Of a DNA stretch of 64,000 nucleotides, positions 59,623 through 64,000 are shown piece after piece; position 1 is the stretch's first letter; each line of letters opens with the position of its first letter. The notes beneath the pieces are model-generated. The model had not been told where the DNA came from, ran no database searches, and saw only the letters and a program-made list of their open reading frames with translations. The position numbers were made by a program, and so were the translations under genes. Origin of the DNA: a virus; IMG/VR virus record IMGVR_UViG_3300021197_001931, positions 32,001-96,000 of that record; one strand, 5' to 3'.

Positions 59623-60741
59623 ATGTCATCAATGCTGGAGAAAGCTATCGTCGATGCAACAGCATTACGAGAGGCGGCACTTAAGAACGCAGAGGCTTCT
59701 ATTATAGAGAAGTACGCCCCAGAAATCAAGAACGCAGTTGAAACTCTTCTTGAGCAAGAACTTGGTGCTGATATTGGCATGGACGACATGCAACAAGAGG
59801 CAGAGGTGTCTGAGGATGAGGGCGACGAAGTTGACGTCCCTGCTGCCTTTTTGGAAGGTCTAGGCGGAAATCCCAAAGATGGAGAAGACGTTGAGCTAGA
59901 GCTTACACTAGAGGCCCTTACAGAGATGGCTAAAGAACTCACAACAGAAGAAGAAGATGAAACCCTAGAGGAAGGCGAAGAAGAAGTCCTTGAAGAGGAC
60001 GAGGAAACTCTAGAGGAAGAAGACGGGATGACTAGCGTCAAGGCTGGTGCGGATGACAATCCAGAAGAGACAAAAATGGATCACCTACCACCGGATGTTT
60101 TGAAAAATATTGCCAACAAAAAAGGCGTGAAGAAGGAATCCACTGAATCTGATGATGTCATTCTTGATCTTGACGAAGATGACATTGCAAAACTGGTCGA
60201 AGAACTCGTTGTTGATATCACACCTCAAAAGAGCGGATGGGCTGGCACACCAGAATCCGAGATGCAGTATAACATTGAGCTAGAACTAGCTAGCAGAGCT
60301 GCAACTGAGGCCCGTGAAGAGAACGAGGCATTAAAGAAAGCCATCGAAGAGCTTTCTGAATCCAAAGAACGTCTTGAGGGATCTAATAAATCCCTTAAGG
60401 AGGCAGTTTTGAAAATGAAAGACTTATTTGACGAGGTAAGTGTTTCAAACGCAAAACTATTATATACGAATCGTATTTTGAGTAGCCCCTCCTTGAATGA
60501 GCGACAAAAAGAGAACATTGTCGAAGCTATCTCCAAAGCCGGTTCGGTAAATGAAGCGAAGGTCATATATGATACACTTCAAAGCACAGGGGGCACAACT
60601 TCCAAGAAGTCAATGCCAAAATCCCTAAGCGAAGCAATTCAAAGATCTTCATCTACTGTTCTTCCCAGGCGTAAGTCTGAAAGAACTACCGATACTGCTA
60701 TTGACAGATTGCAAATTCTTGCAGGTATTAAACATAAATAA
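59623..60741 (+). CDS. prohead core/scaffolding protein (gp22-like position)
   Basis: Very acidic coiled coil with many L-x-E sites and C-terminal RLQILAGI, immediately upstream of the capsid gene. Confidence 0.75.
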   Translation: MSSMLEKAIVDATALREAALKNAEASIIEKYAPEIKNAVETLLEQELGADIGMDDMQQEAEVSEDEGDEVDVPAAFLEGLGGNPKDGEDVELELTLEALTEMAKELTTEEEDETLEEGEEEVLEEDEETLEEEDGMTSVKAGADDNPEETKMDHLPPDVLKNIANKKGVKKESTESDDVILDLDEDDIAKLVEELVVDITPQKSGWAGTPESEMQYNIELELASRAATEAREENEALKKAIEELSESKERLEGSNKSLKEAVLKMKDLFDEVSVSNAKLLYTNRILSSPSLNERQKENIVEAISKAGSVNEAKVIYDTLQSTGGTTSKKSMPKSLSEAIQRSSSTVLPRRKSERTTDTAIDRLQILAGIKHK

Positions 60742-60746
60742 ATTAA

Positions 60747-60758
60747 TAAGGAGGTGAT
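60747..60758 (+). promoter_or_regulatory. extended Shine-Dalgarno of the major capsid gene
   Basis: TAAGGAGGTGAT is fully complementary to the canonical 16S 3' end AUCACCUCCUUA. Confidence 0.85.
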
Positions 60759-60764
60759 ACTTTT

Positions 60765-62579
60765 ATGTCTGTTTTAAATAAATTAACTGAAGGTATTGTT
60801 AACCGTGATATGAAGAAGGAAGGCGCTGCTCTTCTCTCCAAGTGGGAAAAGACTGGTCTTCTCGAAGGTCTCGATAACGATACTAAGAAAAATGGCATGG
60901 CTCGACTATTAGAGAACCAAGCCAAAGAACTTCTACGTGAGGCCGCTAGCTCCATGGCTGGTGGTGACGTTGAGGGTTTTGCTGCTGTAGCATTCCCCAT
61001 CGTTCGTCGCGTATTCGGTGGGCTCATTGCTAACGACCTCGTGTCCGTGCAACCCATGAGCCTACCCTCTGGTCTAATCTTCTTCCTCGACTTCACTTAT
61101 GGTGGAATCAACGGAGATAGCAGAAGACTAGATAATGCTACTGGAGCTTCATTGTATGGTGGTGGACGAGTTGGCTCTCAGATCACCGGAGGTGTTGATC
61201 TAACGGCGGGTAACGCTGAGTTAGGCTTCTACGCTCTAAACAATGGCTACGCTTCACCCACGGCATCTTTCTCTGTTCCTGCAAATGGAACGGGAGGTGG
61301 CCCTGGTCTTGTACCCCTGGTTTCCGGAACAATCCAAGATAATGGTATTCCGCAAATTGAAGGTATTGGCCAAGACGACAACGCAACTTACAAGGTTGAG
61401 AGAATTCTACAATTTGACGCTGATCTAACAAGCGGTTCAGCGTTCCTAGTTTGCTCACTTCAAAAGAATGAGTTGTCTTCTTCAAATGGTTCAAGCTTTA
61501 ACTTTGATAACTTGGTTGCACTAAGTCTCACAGGAACAGGCGTCACTGACAACCTAGGTACTGGCGACTATGCACGACTCGTTCGTCGTCTAACGACTGA
61601 GGACTTTAATGACTCAAACAACATTCTTCTTACCTTTGAGACCACCGGATCAGCTGTGGCTGGTTCACCTACTCTCTTGTCCGAGTTGGTTACAGCAGGT
61701 GTTTCAGTCTTGAAGGGGCCGATTGTTGACAACTTCACTGCCGCCGATTCAATTGGTGGTGTTCAAGGTGCAACTGATTGGGCTCTAGAGAATGAGACAG
61801 ATATCCCCGAAATCAACATCAAGGTTGATAGCATTGCCGTCACTGCAGTGACCAAGAAGCTCAAGGCGAAGTGGACCCCTGAGCTTGGTCAAGACCTTAA
61901 TGCTTATCACAACCTAGATGCTGAGGTCGAGCTTACGAGCATTCTCTCTGAGCAAATTGCCCTAGAGATTGACCGTGAGATCCTAGAAGACCTAATCAAG
62001 GGTGCCGAGGCTGGTACACTCTACTGGTCACGTTCACCTGGTCTCTTCGTGAATCGCGAGACTGGTCAAGAAGTAGGAGCTTCATCTGCAGCCCCTGACT
62101 TCACCGGTACCGTTTCCGAGTGGTATGAGACTCTTCTAGAGACCATTAACGATGTCTCTGCTAGAATCCACCGCAAGACTCTAAGAGGCGGAGCTAACTT
62201 CATCGTGTGTTCACCTGAAGTTGCTTCTATCCTTGAGTTCACGGCTGGATTCAGAGCTGCTGTCACCGTTGATGGAGACAGAGGAACAGCTGGCGCGGTT
62301 AGAACCGGTCAACTTTCTAAGAAGTTGGATGTCTATGTTGATCCCTACTTCCCCCGTAACGTGGTCCTCGTTGGCCGCAGAGGCGGAAGCTTCCTAGAGA
62401 GTGGATATGTTTACGCTCCTTACGTCCCGCTACAAGTCACTCCCACCATCTTCGGTGTTGAGGACTTCGTACCCCGTAAGGGCGTGATGACACGCTACGC
62501 TAAGAAGATGGTCCGTCCTGATATGTACGGTCTAGTCATCTGCCGTGGCCTAATTGGTGAGGCTGGCGCAGTCAGCTAA
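60765..62579 (+). CDS. major capsid protein (T4 gp23-like)
   Basis: VQPMSLPSGLIFFL, KLKAKWTPELGQDLNAYHNLDAEVELTSILSEQIALEIDREIL, YAPYVPL, PRKGVMTRYA. Confidence 0.96.
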   Translation: MSVLNKLTEGIVNRDMKKEGAALLSKWEKTGLLEGLDNDTKKNGMARLLENQAKELLREAASSMAGGDVEGFAAVAFPIVRRVFGGLIANDLVSVQPMSLPSGLIFFLDFTYGGINGDSRRLDNATGASLYGGGRVGSQITGGVDLTAGNAELGFYALNNGYASPTASFSVPANGTGGGPGLVPLVSGTIQDNGIPQIEGIGQDDNATYKVERILQFDADLTSGSAFLVCSLQKNELSSSNGSSFNFDNLVALSLTGTGVTDNLGTGDYARLVRRLTTEDFNDSNNILLTFETTGSAVAGSPTLLSELVTAGVSVLKGPIVDNFTAADSIGGVQGATDWALENETDIPEINIKVDSIAVTAVTKKLKAKWTPELGQDLNAYHNLDAEVELTSILSEQIALEIDREILEDLIKGAEAGTLYWSRSPGLFVNRETGQEVGASSAAPDFTGTVSEWYETLLETINDVSARIHRKTLRGGANFIVCSPEVASILEFTAGFRAAVTVDGDRGTAGAVRTGQLSKKLDVYVDPYFPRNVVLVGRRGGSFLESGYVYAPYVPLQVTPTIFGVEDFVPRKGVMTRYAKKMVRPDMYGLVICRGLIGEAGAVS

Positions 62580-62603
62580 TCACTGATTAGTTAAAAAACA
62601 GTC

Positions 62604-62645
62604 AAACCCTCAGTTCTTTTCGGAGAGCTGAGGGTTTTGTCTTTC
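62604..62645 (+). terminator. rho-independent terminator after the capsid gene
   Basis: AAACCCTCAGTTCT...TTCG...AGAGCTGAGGGTTT stem followed by a T-rich tail. Confidence 0.85.
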
Positions 62646-62650
62646 TATGG

Positions 62651-62658
62651 GCTATTTA
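62651..62658 (+). promoter_or_regulatory. putative late promoter GCTATTTA
   Basis: Follows the terminator and precedes the structured leader of 62761. Confidence 0.6.
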
Positions 62659-62760
62659 CAATTACCTGGTTATTGGGCGGGCTTTGACCCGTCTCCGCTT
62701 TGTTAAACAAAGCGCGAACATGATTATAAATGGCGAAAAGCCAAGGGAGGGTTTCTAACT

Positions 62761-63414
62761 ATGGGAAGTAAAAGATTGGGTCTTGCGAGAACGCAAGCAC
62801 TATTAGAGAATTTGAAGAGAAGCTTGGCGCTGGGCGCCACCGAGGTCACCTGCAAAAAAGTGACGTGCAGCAATGGTGTTGTTGTTGATGCTGACGGCGT
62901 TAACATCGGCGCCGGCGGGCTGCAAGTTGATGCTGGTGGAATTATTGATAAAAATGTAACTAAGCAGTCCGGTACTGGCGCAGAGGACTTGACTTCAACG
63001 GCTGCCAACCTTATCTGGTGGTCTAGCGCAGCACAGGCTGGCGATATTACATTGCCCCAAGCGACAGCTAGCAACGTAGGCATGATCATCAGAGTTTTCG
63101 CTTGCGCTGACTGGAGTGGGACCGAATTTAAGCTTGGATTTGCAAATGGAGGCTCAACAGTTATGACGGGCAATTTGCAACTTGGAGCCATTGATGCCGC
63201 CGCCGGCGACGAGAACATTTCATTTAAAGTAACAACCAATACAAAATCAATTCGTATTGACAGTGACGCTGTAGACAGAGCTGGTGGAGCAATTGGCTCA
63301 ATGTACACCTTCTACTATCTTGAGGCAAACTTGGTCTTTGTTGAGGCTAAGGGACTAATCACTACTGGCACCCCGGCACCGAGCGCGAACGCTTCTACCA
63401 CTGGCGGAGTCTAA
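62761..63414 (+). CDS. putative capsid decoration/short fibre protein
   Basis: SD GGGAGGG; own transcription unit right after the capsid gene; ITLP.A....G...R motif reminiscent of the shared fibre domain. Confidence 0.55.
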   Translation: MGSKRLGLARTQALLENLKRSLALGATEVTCKKVTCSNGVVVDADGVNIGAGGLQVDAGGIIDKNVTKQSGTGAEDLTSTAANLIWWSSAAQAGDITLPQATASNVGMIIRVFACADWSGTEFKLGFANGGSTVMTGNLQLGAIDAAAGDENISFKVTTNTKSIRIDSDAVDRAGGAIGSMYTFYYLEANLVFVEAKGLITTGTPAPSANASTTGGV

Positions 63415-63442
63415 TAACAATATTTTTTATATTGTGAATACT

Positions 63443-63478
63443 AAAAGCCCCCTCAACAGAGGGGGCTTTTTCTTTTAT
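63443..63478 (+). terminator. rho-independent terminator
   Basis: AAAAGCCCCCTC-AACA-GAGGGGGCTTTT followed by TCTTTT. Confidence 0.9.
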
Positions 63479-63483
63479 TAACA

Positions 63484-63491
63484 ACTATTTA
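63484..63491 (+). promoter_or_regulatory. putative late promoter ACTATTTA
   Basis: Directly after the terminator, 26 nt before ORF 63518. Confidence 0.6.
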
Positions 63492-63517
63492 TTATATCAC
63501 AATCTGAAAGGGAAAAG

Positions 63518-63748
63518 ATGGAAATCATAACATGTGACCATACTATGGAGCTTACTAGCGATCAAGTTTGGAATATTCTTAAAGTGGAATTAATTGATGG
63601 ATTAGATAGCGGAGAGCTGTCAGAGGATGAGTTTGCGGACCAGATGAAGACGCTCCGCAATGTTGTCAACACTAATGAATTCAAATTGGTTATCGCTTCA
63701 AAGAATCAGGTGGCCACGGCTGGCGATGCTTCTGTTAGAAAGCTTTGA
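63518..63748 (+). CDS. hypothetical protein
   Basis: SD AAGGG and promoter motif upstream. Confidence 0.6.
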   Translation: MEIITCDHTMELTSDQVWNILKVELIDGLDSGELSEDEFADQMKTLRNVVNTNEFKLVIASKNQVATAGDASVRKL

Positions 63749-63771
63749 TAAATACACACTACGGAGGATTC

Positions 63772-64000
63772 ATGGGAAAGAAAAGAAGATATAGAAAATA
63801 TCCACATAAGTTTGGAAAAAAGTACGGTTTAAAATATGGCCTCAACAAAGACGCCAAAGAGCATGATGAGACAGTTGCTAAGACAATCTTGAGAACAGAA
63901 TCAACTGTATTGGCCTCTCCGGAGCCCGTCATTGAACCTGTCATTGAACCTGTCATTGAACCTGTTGTATTAGCTACACCAGAACCTATTAATGAGGTTT
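63772..64000 (+). CDS. hypothetical protein, 5' part (basic N-terminus, PVIE repeats); runs off the window
   Basis: SD GGAGG; MGKKRRYRKYPHKFGKKYGLKYGLNKD...EPVIEPVIEPVIEP with no stop before 64000. Confidence 0.7.
   Translation, partial: MGKKRRYRKYPHKFGKKYGLKYGLNKDAKEHDETVAKTILRTESTVLASPEPVIEPVIEPVIEPVVLATPEPINEV
63925..63966 (+). repeat. 12-bp tandem repeat (cctgtcattgaa, about 3.5 copies)
   Basis: Directly visible; encodes PVIE. Confidence 0.9.

Noticed and set aside
2286-63956. Numerous minus-strand ORFs (e.g. 8181-9077, 39980-40729, 57284-58987, 62724-63308)
   Set aside because: Nearly all lie antisense to well-supported + strand genes, lack recognisable motifs, and are explained by codon bias of the sense genes.
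1-64000. Stop-codon reassignment, as seen in some large phages
   Set aside because: Genes up to 8.8 kb are intact in code 11, and TAA, TAG and TGA all end genes at tight junctions with the next start.
1-64000. tRNA genes, CRISPR array, introns/inteins, DGR or integrase
   Set aside because: Intergenic gaps are under about 180 nt with no cloverleaf or repeat-spacer pattern seen by eye. Terminase, primase and portal cores are uninterrupted, and no RT or recombinase motifs were found.

Overview
This 64 kb window comes from a large T4-superfamily-like tailed phage. It is most likely a contractile-tailed myovirus, given gp5-, gp25- and gp6-like baseplate genes. All real genes lie on the + strand and are densely packed in the standard code. 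Order: nucleotide-sugar genes (UDP-glucose dehydrogenase 3' end, NAD-dependent epimerase); gp55-like late sigma factor; baseplate/tail block including 2420 aa and 2932 aa proteins; RuvC-like resolvase, primase and a fused Mre11-Rad50; a putative lysis trio; terminase, portal, core proteins and prohead protease; ribosomal protein bS21; a fibre/adhesin cluster; scaffold and gp23-type major capsid protein. A recurring intergenic motif, (A/G/T)CTATTTA, is the probable late promoter, and a sigma70-type promoter sits inside ruvC. Best candidates for new biology: (1) a [S/T]-[G/A]-S tripeptide strongly enriched in a subset of virion proteins, a possible virion-glycosylation sequon linked to the sugar genes; (2) bS21 alongside a perfect 12-nt Shine-Dalgarno on the capsid gene; (3) a duplicated adhesin plus mini-partner cassette whose first partner gene is missing from the ORF track; (4) an unannotated vicinal-Cys micropeptide with a hairpin, next to a CxxC membrane protein. 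All family calls come from motif recognition by eye and all counts are manual; no database searches were run.
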